Shown here one piece after another: positions 45,536 through 53,770 of a DNA stretch of 64,000 bases. The notes below the pieces were generated by a model. The model did not search any database. It had not been told where the DNA came from and was given only the letters and a program-made list of their open reading frames with translations. Location of the stretch: the NCBI GenBank assembly GCA_031370645.1, contig JANMQV010000006.1:6473-70472 (forward strand), in the 5' to 3' direction. The stretch is from Candidatus Eiseniibacteriota bacterium (GTDB lineage Bacteria; Eisenbacteria; RBG-16-71-46; SZUA-252). The position numbers and the translations under genes were made by a program. How positions within the stretch are numbered: position 1 is the first letter of the stretch; every line of letters starts with the position of its first letter.

Positions 45536-45601
45536 AAGAGGAGCCTACGGAGGCGGCGTCGGCGCGTCAACGCCGCGCGTCGCGAATCCCGAAGAGATGG
45601 G

Positions 45602-47203
45602 TCAGCGGCGCTCGGCGAGCGCGTCTTCGAGTTCGCGAAGTCGCGCGGCGCTCCGCGCGTCGGCTCCGCCGGCGGGAGCGTTCAGCAGAAAGTCTCGATA
45701 AGCGGCGAGCGTCTCGCGCTGTTCGGCGTCGCGGCCGCTCAGCCCCTGAATCTCCCAGAGGCAGTCGGCTAGCTCGCGTTTGGCGCGGGACCGGTCGGGG
45801 CCGACAACGGTGCGGAGCAGATTCTTCCAAGCGACCTTGAGCTGGCGCAATGTGACCAGATCGTGATCCTTCGCCGCCTGCACCGTCGCGGCGTGAATTC
45901 GATCGATCGGACGAAGCTCCGCGGGCGGCGCATCGGGCGAGGGTGGGTTCACGCGCTCCGGCGTGCTCGCCGCGGGAGGAGTGGAGACGGAAGATTCCGG
46001 AGTCGAAGTGTTGGGGGTCCGCTTTGCCGGAACGGCCGCTTTCGGCGCGACCGGCGTCGCGCGGATCGGATCATCGGTCGGCCACATATCGTCGTCGTCC
46101 CGCTTCACGCGCGGAGCCGGCGTCACGGGTGCCGTGGCGGTCGACTTCTCCGCGACGAAGGGATCCTTCGTCGTCACGGTACCGGCAACCGACTTGACGT
46201 CGGTGCCTCCGGTCGACTTCGCGCCACTCTTCGTCGTCGCCGTCGCGGGCGAGGGAGTCGGCTTCGTGACGGACGGCTTCACCGCGATCCTCGTCGTCGG
46301 GACGGAAGGCGATGCCCGCGGAGGCGTGAGGCTCGACTTGACCGGGTTTGTCACCGACGTCGGGGGCGTCGACGACGACGCGACCGAGGGACGATCCGTA
46401 TTCGACCCTGTCGCTTCACCGGCCGGACCGGGCACCGATTCGGGGGCGGCACCGTTCCCCGGCCCGCTCGAACCGTCGGCGCCGGGCGCCGAATGAGTCA
46501 CCGTGAGGGAGCCGGCTTCGAACGGACGCACGCGCGTGGAAATCTCGCGAGGGGGCGCGGCGTGCGGCGCCAACACCATCCAGACGGCGACGCCAAGCAA
46601 TCCGACGCCGACGACGGCGCCACCACCCCAAAGCATCGCGCGAAACGCGGCGCTCTTCTTGTTCGGATCGTCGAGCCGCCGGTTCAGAACTTGCTCCGCG
46701 AAGAGGAGACTTTCTTCCGGAGGCGTCGCCTCCCGCGCCGCATCGGCCGGTTCGAAATCCCAGCCTTCCGGGACCGCGGTCGGCTTCGTCATGGTAGGAG
46801 CGGCGCCGACCGGCTCGGCCGGGACGGCGAACGCAGGCTCGGGCTCGGCGGCAGGCCCGGAAAGTTCGTCGTTCGAGAAGAGCGGCGGCGGCGCCGAATT
46901 CGACGCGCTCCTCGCCGACTCCTCGGCCGCCACACTCTTAACGATTCCTCCGCGGTCATCGCCGAAAATCTTCTCCACCGTCCAGTCGGAGGTCGGAGGC
47001 GCGAGCGGCGCGACTTGGAGAACCGGCTCGGGCATCGGTTCGGCGAGTGGTGGCGGGGGCGCACCGGGCCCCTGCAAGAGTTCCAGTTCGAGCGTGCACT
47101 CCTCGCACGACTCGAGATGACGACGAAGCTCCGCCTCGTCCTCGGTGGCAAGACGCCCCGAGGCCAGCGCGGGCAGTTGTTGTTTCGCTTCGCTGCAGTC
47201 CAT
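45602..47203 (-). CDS. Membrane-spanning zf-HC2 anti-sigma-factor-like protein with a Pro/Thr/Ser-rich stalk
   Basis: 533 aa. N-terminal MDCSEAKQQL...LRRHLESCEEC (C-x-H-x3-C-x2-C zinc-finger anti-sigma motif). Single TM (MLWGGGAVVGVGLLGVAVWMVLA). About 200 aa low-complexity stalk, then a C-terminal domain. No adjacent sigma-factor gene. Confidence 0.55.
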   Translation of the reverse strand: MDCSEAKQQLPALASGRLATEDEAELRRHLESCEECTLELELLQGPGAPPPPLAEPMPEPVLQVAPLAPPTSDWTVEKIFGDDRGGIVKSVAAEESARSASNSAPPPLFSNDELSGPAAEPEPAFAVPAEPVGAAPTMTKPTAVPEGWDFEPADAAREATPPEESLLFAEQVLNRRLDDPNKKSAAFRAMLWGGGAVVGVGLLGVAVWMVLAPHAAPPREISTRVRPFEAGSLTVTHSAPGADGSSGPGNGAAPESVPGPAGEATGSNTDRPSVASSSTPPTSVTNPVKSSLTPPRASPSVPTTRIAVKPSVTKPTPSPATATTKSGAKSTGGTDVKSVAGTVTTKDPFVAEKSTATAPVTPAPRVKRDDDDMWPTDDPIRATPVAPKAAVPAKRTPNTSTPESSVSTPPAASTPERVNPPSPDAPPAELRPIDRIHAATVQAAKDHDLVTLRQLKVAWKNLLRTVVGPDRSRAKRELADCLWEIQGLSGRDAEQRETLAAYRDFLLNAPAGGADARSAARLRELEDALAERR

Positions 47204-47276
47204 GGAACTCGGTCTCCGGCGCTGATGCCGGGCGGCACGGGTGGGCCCGTGTTCGCGATCCGCCGGCTGGTACTCC

Positions 47277-47981
47277 TTATCGGCCGGGGGCGGCAGGTTC
47301 TTGAGAGGCGGCAGTCCGGGGCCGGGCGGCCCTAATCCAGAGGTATTCCGGCACCTCCGGACCCGGGAGCGGCACCCGGCGCGGGGTGACGCGGAGTCGG
47401 AGGGTAACGAGGCGATCGATCACGATCGGATCGCCGAATTGGTAGGCGAATTCGTCCGGTGGCATCGGGTCTGGGCGCTCTTCGGTCGTCCGAACGAGCG
47501 CCAAGTCGTATGTCAAGCCGGAGAGATCGATGACCTCACAATATTCCTGAAGCACATCTCGCAAGCGATTGGCGGTGTAGGGGTTGACGTGGTGTTGATT
47601 GAGCCGATTTTCGTAGCGATTGAAGTCGTCATTCGGAGTCTTGAGGAGGAAGAGTCCGCCCGGCTTGAGGGCTCGAAAGGCGGCGCGGATGAAGGCGTCG
47701 CCATCGGAGAGGTGCTCGATGACCTCGCTCGAAAAGACGACGTCCGCCGTCCCGTCGGGGATCGGGAAGGGTTGCGAGGCGTCGTGGACGTGAAACTCCA
47801 GATTCGGCCGGGCGTGCCGAGCGCGGGCCGCCGCGATTCCTTCCGGCGAGAGATCGAACGCCACGACTCGCGACGCATGCCGCGCGAAGAGCGCCGCTCC
47901 GGCTCCTTCGTTCGTTCCCGCGTCGACCACGACCTTCCCCGCGACGTCGGGAAGCGCCAGGTGATAGGCGGCCAAGTTCAC
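47277..47981 (-). CDS. Class I SAM-dependent methyltransferase
   Basis: Motif I VVDAGTNEGAGAALFA and post-I acidic DLS. Methyltransf_11-like layout (ALKPGGLFLL). The ORF track starts at GTG 47981. The frame stays open upstream to about 48329 with no ATG/GTG/TTG, so the start is uncertain. Confidence 0.6.
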   Translation of the reverse strand: MNLAAYHLALPDVAGKVVVDAGTNEGAGAALFARHASRVVAFDLSPEGIAAARARHARPNLEFHVHDASQPFPIPDGTADVVFSSEVIEHLSDGDAFIRAAFRALKPGGLFLLKTPNDDFNRYENRLNQHHVNPYTANRLRDVLQEYCEVIDLSGLTYDLALVRTTEERPDPMPPDEFAYQFGDPIVIDRLVTLRLRVTPRRVPLPGPEVPEYLWIRAARPRTAASQEPAAPGR

Positions 47982-48240
47982 CCGGACGAATCCCGACGGC
48001 TGCTCCCCCAGGACGAAGCGCTCGCACGCGACTCCGGAGGGGACGCCGCCGAAATCCTCGTAGGGTTTGATCCGAATATAGGTCGATCCGAGCGAACCGA
48101 GGACGAGGCCGAGGTTTTCGCGCGATCGCCGCCAGAGACGGCGGGCGTACGCCAGATCCCGGTAGCGGACGAGCGCGATCAGAAATCGTAGCAGTCTCAG
48201 GGCCTGGCTCCGGGGAGAGGCGACGAACGCGGGGCGCGGC

Positions 48241-48438
48241 CTAGTCGGGCAGGATGGCCCCTTCGATCGGACAGGCCTCGAGGCACGCGTTGCAGGATAC
48301 GCAATCCTCCGCGACGATGAAAAACCACGTCATCCCTTTCCCGTTTTGGCCGTCGGCCTTCTTGATGCAATCCACGGGACAAACATCGACGCAGGACGAC
48401 TCTCCTTCGCAGATGTCTTTGACGATCTCGTACGCCAT
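48241..48438 (-). CDS. 2x[4Fe-4S] ferredoxin
   Basis: 65 aa. Two cluster motifs: CEGESSCVDVCP and CVSCNACLEACP. Confidence 0.75.
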   Translation of the reverse strand: MAYEIVKDICEGESSCVDVCPVDCIKKADGQNGKGMTWFFIVAEDCVSCNACLEACPIEGAILPD

Positions 48439-48466
48439 TCGTTCCTCCGCGACCGCTTCCGGTCCG

Positions 48467-49552
48467 TCAGTGGACCTGGAGCATGCGGTCGAGCGCTACC
48501 CGCGCCCACTTCTTCGTCGTCTCGGGGACGCGGATCGGGTTGACCACCTCGCCTCGCACCAGGCTCTCCAGCGCCCAGAGGAGGTTCTGCGGCGAAATTC
48601 GGTACATGGTAGCGCAGAGACAGAACTCTTTCGAGAGGATCACGATGTTTTTCTCGGGCATCTGCTTCGCGAGCCGATTCACGAGATGGTACTCGGTCCC
48701 CACGGCCCACTTGGACCCGGCGGGCGCCTCCCGCAGCGTTCGGATGATGAATTCCGTCGAACCGACCGAGTCGGCCATGGCCACGACTTCGTGGGGCACC
48801 TCGGGATGGACGAGGATCTTGACCTCCGGGTCCTCGGCCCGCCGATCGAGCACGTGCTTCACGTGGAACTTCGTGTGAACCGAGCAACACCCCTTCCAGA
48901 CGATGACGCGAACAGCCCGGAGCGTCTCCTCGGAGAGTCCTCCCTGCGGCCTGGCCGGATCCCAGACGGCGATCTCCGCTTCCGGAATTCCCATGGCGAT
49001 CGCTGTGTTCCGCCCCAAGTGCTCGTCCGGGAAGAAGAAGATCTTCTCGCGCTGCCTGAACGCCCATTCGAAGATGGCGCGGCAGTTCGAGGAGGTGCAG
49101 ACGGCGCCGCCGCGCTCCCCGCAGAACGCCTTCAGCTCGGCCGTCGAATTCATATAGGTGACCGGCGTAACCGAGTGGAGGCCAAGCCGCTCGAGCGTCG
49201 CGCCCGCCTCGTAAACGTCCTCGGATTGGGCCATGTCGGCCATGGAGCAGCCGGCGTTCAGGTCGGGGAGAATGACCGTCTGGTGCGGCGCGCGGAGGAT
49301 ATCGGCGCTCTCCGCCATGAAGTGGACGCCGCAGAAGACCAGGTAATCCGCGTCGGTTCGTTCCGAGCCAAGGTGCGCCAGCTTGTAGGAATCGCCCGTG
49401 ATGTCGGCGTGCTGGATGATGTCGTCGCGCTGGTAGTGATGCCCCAGGACGATCAACCGCTTCCCCAGAGCGCGCTTCGCCTCGGCGATCCGCGAGGCGA
49501 GCGCGGCGTCATCCAGCGAAAGGTAGACTTCGGGCAAAAGCGTTCGAGTCAT
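48467..49552 (-). CDS. nadA: Quinolinate synthase A
   Basis: 361 aa. HHYQRDDIIQ, FCGVHFMAE and VHPE..H motifs of NadA. The three Fe-S cysteines are present. Confidence 0.9.
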   Translation of the reverse strand: MTRTLLPEVYLSLDDAALASRIAEAKRALGKRLIVLGHHYQRDDIIQHADITGDSYKLAHLGSERTDADYLVFCGVHFMAESADILRAPHQTVILPDLNAGCSMADMAQSEDVYEAGATLERLGLHSVTPVTYMNSTAELKAFCGERGGAVCTSSNCRAIFEWAFRQREKIFFFPDEHLGRNTAIAMGIPEAEIAVWDPARPQGGLSEETLRAVRVIVWKGCCSVHTKFHVKHVLDRRAEDPEVKILVHPEVPHEVVAMADSVGSTEFIIRTLREAPAGSKWAVGTEYHLVNRLAKQMPEKNIVILSKEFCLCATMYRISPQNLLWALESLVRGEVVNPIRVPETTKKWARVALDRMLQVH

Positions 49553-49558
49553 CGTTTC

Positions 49559-49587
49559 ATTCTTCGATGCGGCGCGGCGGGCGTCAA
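49559..49587 (-). promoter_or_regulatory. Putative sigma-70-like promoter giving a leaderless nadA transcript
   Basis: On the minus strand: TTGACG, a 17-nt spacer, AAGAAT, then 6 nt, then the nadA ATG. Spacing implies a transcription start at or next to the start codon. No Shine-Dalgarno sequence present. Confidence 0.25.
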
Positions 49588-49792
49588 GGGCTTCCCCCCG
49601 GAGGGGGCTCGAACCGTGCGCTTCCTTGCCGCGTCTAAGTTCACAGAACGCGCCTCGTTAGCGGTCCGTGGGCGGGCGCGCCGGGGTTCCCCTGGACCGG
49701 GCCGCCGAGGGTGCCCTAGAATCGGCGGCCAGCCCTCCAAGGCCAAACTTCCTGATACTTCCGACGCGGCCATTCACGAAAGGGTTTCCGCT

Positions 49793-51604
49793 TTGAACGC
49801 GCCGACTCCGATTCGGGTCAACGAGTTCAACCTGCACGTGGCGACGGTCAACGGCTCGGGGAGCCAGACCGCCAACACGACGCTGCTCCGTTCCATCTTC
49901 CAGATGGGGATTCCGGTCGGCGGGAAGAACCTCTTCCCCTCGAACATCGCCGGCCTTCCCACCTGGTTCACAATCCGAGTGAGCGAAAAGGGGTATCTCG
50001 CACGTCAGAAGGCGAACGATTTCCTCGTCGCCCTCAATCCCGAGACCGCCGCCGCCGACATCGCGGCCATGGGACCCGGCTCCGTCATCGTGGTCAACGA
50101 GGGCGTTCCGCTTCCTCCGGTGCCCACCGACCGAACCGTCCATGTCGTTCCACTCACGAAACTGGTCGAGCCGATCGTTCCGGACGCGCGGCTTCGGAAA
50201 CTGGTCGTGAACATGGTCTACGTCGGCGTGGTCTGCCACCTCCTCGGCATCGATCCCGAAGAAGTCGACCGGGCGCTCGCGGCACAATTGGGACGGAAGC
50301 AAAAGGCGCTCGCGATGAATCGCGAAGCGATCCGCGCGGGGTTGGAGTTCGGACGCGCGAACCTCGCTCCGGCGCCCTTCCGTGTCGAGCGGAGAAACCT
50401 CGTCGGAACGAAGATCCTCATCGAGGGGAATACGGCCGGCGCGCTCGGAGCCATGTTCGGCGGCGTCACGTTCGCCGCGTGGTACCCGATCACTCCCTCT
50501 TCGAGCCTCGCCGAAGCGCTCCAGAACTATCTCGATCGCTACCGCCGCGACCCGAAGAGCGGCGCCGCCACGTTCGCGATCCTCCAGGCGGAGGATGAAA
50601 TCGCGGCGATCGGAATGGTGCTCGGCGCCTCGTGGGCCGGAGCGCGCGCCATGACGGCGACATCGGGGCCCGGCCTTTCGCTCATGACCGAATTCATCGG
50701 CTACGCCTATTACGCCGAGATCCCCGCCGTGATCTGGGACATCCAGCGGATCGGCCCGAGCACGGGGCTCCCCACCCGGACGTCGCAGGGCGATCTCCTC
50801 TCCGTGGCCTTCATGTCGCACGGCGACACGAAGCACGTGATGCTCTTCCCTTCCACGGTGGACGACTGCTTCCGCTACGGCATGACCGCCTTCGATCTCG
50901 CCGATCGGCTTCAGACGCCCGTCTTCGTGATGAGCGATCTCGACCTCGGGATGAACATCTGGATGTCGGAGCCGTTCACCTACCCCGAGAAACCCTGGGA
51001 CCGTGGAAAGGTCTTGAGCGACGAAGAAATCGCGCGACTCGGCAAGTTCGAGCGCTACCGCGACTCCGACGGCGACGGCATTCCCTACCGAACCGTCCCG
51101 GGACAGAAGCATCCGCTCGCCGCATACTTCACGCGCGGCTCGGGGCACGACGAGCAGGCGCGCTACACGGAATCGAGCGAGACCTACCCGCGCGTCATGG
51201 ACCGGCTCTCGAAGAAGTACGACACGGCTCGGAGGCTCGCGCCGGCGCCGGTCGTCGATCGGACGCCGCGCGCCACCGTGGGGCTCCTCTCCTATGGCTC
51301 CACGGCCTGGGCCATGGAAGAGGCGCGCGATCTTCTCCGTTCCGAGGGGATCGAGACCTCCCACTTGCTCCTGAAGGCCTTTCCCTTCCACCCCGATGTT
51401 CGCGCCTACATCGAGTCGTACGAGCGAGTCTACGTCGTGGAGCAGAATCGCGATGGGCAGATGGCGTCGCTCCTCCGGATGGACATGCCCGATCTGGCGC
51501 CGCGGTTCCGCTCCATCCTTCACTATGACGGCCTCCCCATCGACGCTGTGACGATTCTCGACGGCGTGCGAAGCGGTGAGCGCGAGGAGGTGACGGTCCG
51601 ATGA
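49793..51604 (+). CDS. korA: 2-oxoacid:ferredoxin oxidoreductase, fused gamma/alpha subunit
   Basis: Probable TTG start (LNAPTPIRVNEFNLHVATVNGSGSQTANTTLLRSIF...). AAGGG sits 9 nt upstream. The start codon is uncertain. About 603 aa, KorA/OorA-type. The stop overlaps the korB start (ATGA). The 1116-aa track ORF is a run-on through antisense nadA. Confidence 0.85.
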   Translation: MNAPTPIRVNEFNLHVATVNGSGSQTANTTLLRSIFQMGIPVGGKNLFPSNIAGLPTWFTIRVSEKGYLARQKANDFLVALNPETAAADIAAMGPGSVIVVNEGVPLPPVPTDRTVHVVPLTKLVEPIVPDARLRKLVVNMVYVGVVCHLLGIDPEEVDRALAAQLGRKQKALAMNREAIRAGLEFGRANLAPAPFRVERRNLVGTKILIEGNTAGALGAMFGGVTFAAWYPITPSSSLAEALQNYLDRYRRDPKSGAATFAILQAEDEIAAIGMVLGASWAGARAMTATSGPGLSLMTEFIGYAYYAEIPAVIWDIQRIGPSTGLPTRTSQGDLLSVAFMSHGDTKHVMLFPSTVDDCFRYGMTAFDLADRLQTPVFVMSDLDLGMNIWMSEPFTYPEKPWDRGKVLSDEEIARLGKFERYRDSDGDGIPYRTVPGQKHPLAAYFTRGSGHDEQARYTESSETYPRVMDRLSKKYDTARRLAPAPVVDRTPRATVGLLSYGSTAWAMEEARDLLRSEGIETSHLLLKAFPFHPDVRAYIESYERVYVVEQNRDGQMASLLRMDMPDLAPRFRSILHYDGLPIDAVTILDGVRSGEREEVTVR

Positions 51605-52698
51605 GCACCGCCGCGAAGACCCCCGCTCCCGGCCCGGTCCCCGGCCCCGCGAAGAACCGCATCGGTTTGACGCAGGCCGACTACAAGGGGTCGAAATCGA
51701 CGCTCTGCCCCGGCTGCGGGCACGACGCCATCACGAACAGCATCGTCACGGCCGCGTTCGAGATGGGGCTCGAGCCGCATCGCCTGGCGAAGCTCTCCGG
51801 CATCGGCTGCTCCAGCAAGACGCCGGCCTACTTCATGAGCCGGTCGTTCGCGTTCAACGCGGTCCACGGGCGGATGCCTTCCATCGCGACGGGCGTTCAT
51901 GTGGCGAACCGCGAACTCCAACTGCTCGGCATTTCGGGCGATGGCGATACCGCGTCGATCGGGATCGGGCAATTCATTCATTTGATCCGGCGGAACATCC
52001 CGGTCGCCTACTTGATCGAGAACAACGGGGTCTACGGACTCACGAAGGGGCAATTCTCCGCCACCGCGGACCTCGGCACCCGCGCGAAGACGGGGCGCGT
52101 GAACGAGATGATGCCGATCGATCTCTGCGCGCTCGCGATCGAACTCGGCTGCGGCTTCGTGGCGCGCTCCTTCAGCGGCGACCCGAAACAGCTTCGCCCG
52201 ATTCTGAAAGCCGCGCTCTCCCACCGCGGCACCGCGGTGATCGACATTCTTTCCCCCTGCGTCACGTTCAACAATCACGAGGGCTCGACCAAGTCGTACG
52301 ACAACGTGAAGGAGCACGACGCGCCGCTGCACGACATCACCTTCGTTCCGGCGCACGAGCCGATCATGGTCGACTACGCGCCCGGCGAATCGCGCGAAGT
52401 GAGGCTTTTCGACGGATCGCGCGTGACGCTGAAGAAACTGGGCGACGACTACGATCCGAGCGACGGCATGCGCGCCATGGTCACGCTCCGCCAGGCGCGG
52501 GAGGAGGGAAAGTTCGTGACGGGCGTGCTCTACGCGAATCCGGAAAAGACCGCCTTCGATCGCGAGATGGGAATGGTGGAGCAGCCGCTTTCGTCGTTAA
52601 CGCTGGAGCAGGTGCGGCCCGGACGCGAGGCGCTCGAGGAGATCATGGCGAGCCTTCGGACCGGTGCCGGGGCGCCCGTCGCGGCGGGCGGAGGCTGA
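51601..52698 (+). CDS. korB: 2-oxoacid:ferredoxin oxidoreductase beta subunit (TPP-binding)
   Basis: 365 aa. CPGCGHDAI, GIGCSS and GDGDTASIG (TPP GDG motif). Confidence 0.9.
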   Translation: MSTAAKTPAPGPVPGPAKNRIGLTQADYKGSKSTLCPGCGHDAITNSIVTAAFEMGLEPHRLAKLSGIGCSSKTPAYFMSRSFAFNAVHGRMPSIATGVHVANRELQLLGISGDGDTASIGIGQFIHLIRRNIPVAYLIENNGVYGLTKGQFSATADLGTRAKTGRVNEMMPIDLCALAIELGCGFVARSFSGDPKQLRPILKAALSHRGTAVIDILSPCVTFNNHEGSTKSYDNVKEHDAPLHDITFVPAHEPIMVDYAPGESREVRLFDGSRVTLKKLGDDYDPSDGMRAMVTLRQAREEGKFVTGVLYANPEKTAFDREMGMVEQPLSSLTLEQVRPGREALEEIMASLRTGAGAPVAAGGG

Positions 52699-52705
52699 TC
52701 GGCGC

Positions 52706-53026
52706 CTAACGGCGAGAACGCCGGAAGCGCTCGGCCACAGCCGCGAGGAGGCGGCGGGCCCAGGGTGCGACGATCATCGAATGAATCGCGCGGGCCATCG
52801 CCGGCTGATCCGGCGGTGGCCCGTCGCTTCTTACGACGAAGACGTCGGGGTCGGGCGTGAAGGTGACGTCGGTGACGTTCGGCAGGGAGCGGAGTGCGGC
52901 GTCGGTGCGGCGGACGCAGATGGAATCGCAGGCTAGTCCCGTGACCCTCACTTCGAGCGCGCCGTCCTCACGGCGCCGGACCGACGCCACCTCGGGTCGC
53001 TCGAAGATGTTCCGGAGGCCGGGCAC
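52706..53026 (-). CDS. Small hypothetical protein with a CxxxC motif, co-oriented with and abutting the rhomboid gene
   Basis: 106 aa. GC-rich third positions are consistent with coding. LACDSICVRR motif. No family recognised. Confidence 0.35.
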   Translation of the reverse strand: MPGLRNIFERPEVASVRRREDGALEVRVTGLACDSICVRRTDAALRSLPNVTDVTFTPDPDVFVVRSDGPPPDQPAMARAIHSMIVAPWARRLLAAVAERFRRSRR

Positions 53027-53770
53027 CTACTCCTCGTCGCGGTTCGGGTCCTCGCCGCGCGTATCGCGATAGTAGAGTTTGAACTTCTTCCGAAGCGCGG
53101 CCTGCCGCCTCGACTCCTGCCACTCCTTCCACGACGGAATCCTTAGCCCCGATCCCGCGCGCCATCCGCGGAGGTAGAGATAGCCGAAGAGCATTCCGCC
53201 GAGGTGCGCCACGTGCGCCACGCCGCTCCCCGAGGCCGAGAGGCTCGACCAGAAGGTGATGAGTCCGAGGATGAGGACAAACCATTTCGCCTTGATCGGC
53301 ACGATGAAGTAGAGGAGGAGCGTGCGATCGGGAAAGAGGATTCCGTAAGCGGCGAGAAGTCCATAGATGGCGCCCGAGGCGCCGATGATCGGAATGTACG
53401 AATTCCACGACGCCAGGACCGAGCAGAGCCCGGCGCCGACGCCCGTCACGAAGTAGAAGAGCGTGAACCGCTCGCTCCCCCACGTCTCCTCCAATTCGCC
53501 CCCGAACATCCAGAGCGCGATCATGTTCAGCGCAAGGTGGAGAATGCCGCCGTGCAGGAAGAGGTAGGTGCCGAGTTGCCAAAGGAAGAAGTGATGCGTG
53601 ACGTCGTACGGCACGAGTCCGAAGATCTGATCGAGCCGCGTGTGGGCGAGCGCTTCGGCCAGCACCTGAAACGTGTAGATGACCACGTTCGCGATGAGAA
53701 GCGTCTTCACGACCGGTGGGACCGATCCCCCGAAGCCGGTCCGGCGCTGATCCGACCAGGTCGGTCTCAT
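53027..53770 (-). CDS. Rhomboid-family intramembrane serine protease
   Basis: Internal start MRPTWSDQRR (ATG about 53768-53770). Six TM helices. Catalytic GASGAIYG (Ser) and AHLGG (His) motifs. The track ORF's N-terminal 150 aa are the out-of-frame 3' end of the upstream gene. Confidence 0.8.
   Translation of the reverse strand: MRPTWSDQRRTGFGGSVPPVVKTLLIANVVIYTFQVLAEALAHTRLDQIFGLVPYDVTHHFFLWQLGTYLFLHGGILHLALNMIALWMFGGELEETWGSERFTLFYFVTGVGAGLCSVLASWNSYIPIIGASGAIYGLLAAYGILFPDRTLLLYFIVPIKAKWFVLILGLITFWSSLSASGSGVAHVAHLGGMLFGYLYLRGWRAGSGLRIPSWKEWQESRRQAALRKKFKLYYRDTRGEDPNRDEE

Noticed and set aside
47982-48240. Possible N-terminal extension of the methyltransferase
   Set aside because: The frame upstream of the GTG at 47981 stays open (...LRFLIALVRYRDLAYARRLW...), but it has no ATG/GTG/TTG before the in-frame stop near 48330. 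Most likely this is a non-coding open frame. The start remains uncertain.
49590-49640. tRNA-like GGTTCGAGCCCCC (T-loop-like) sequence on the minus strand between nadA and korA
   Set aside because: The flanking sequence cannot form a T-stem, acceptor stem or anticodon arm. It is not a tRNA or an obvious tRNA remnant. It is better explained as a GC hairpin.
48254-49792. 5' two-thirds of the 1116-aa plus-strand ORF
   Set aside because: This part is antisense to the ferredoxin and nadA. Only the 3' portion from about 49793 (korA) has conserved sequence. The ORF is a read-through of a stop-free frame.
49658-51523. 621-aa minus-strand ORF
   Set aside because: Antisense to korA. The translation is Arg/Gly-rich.
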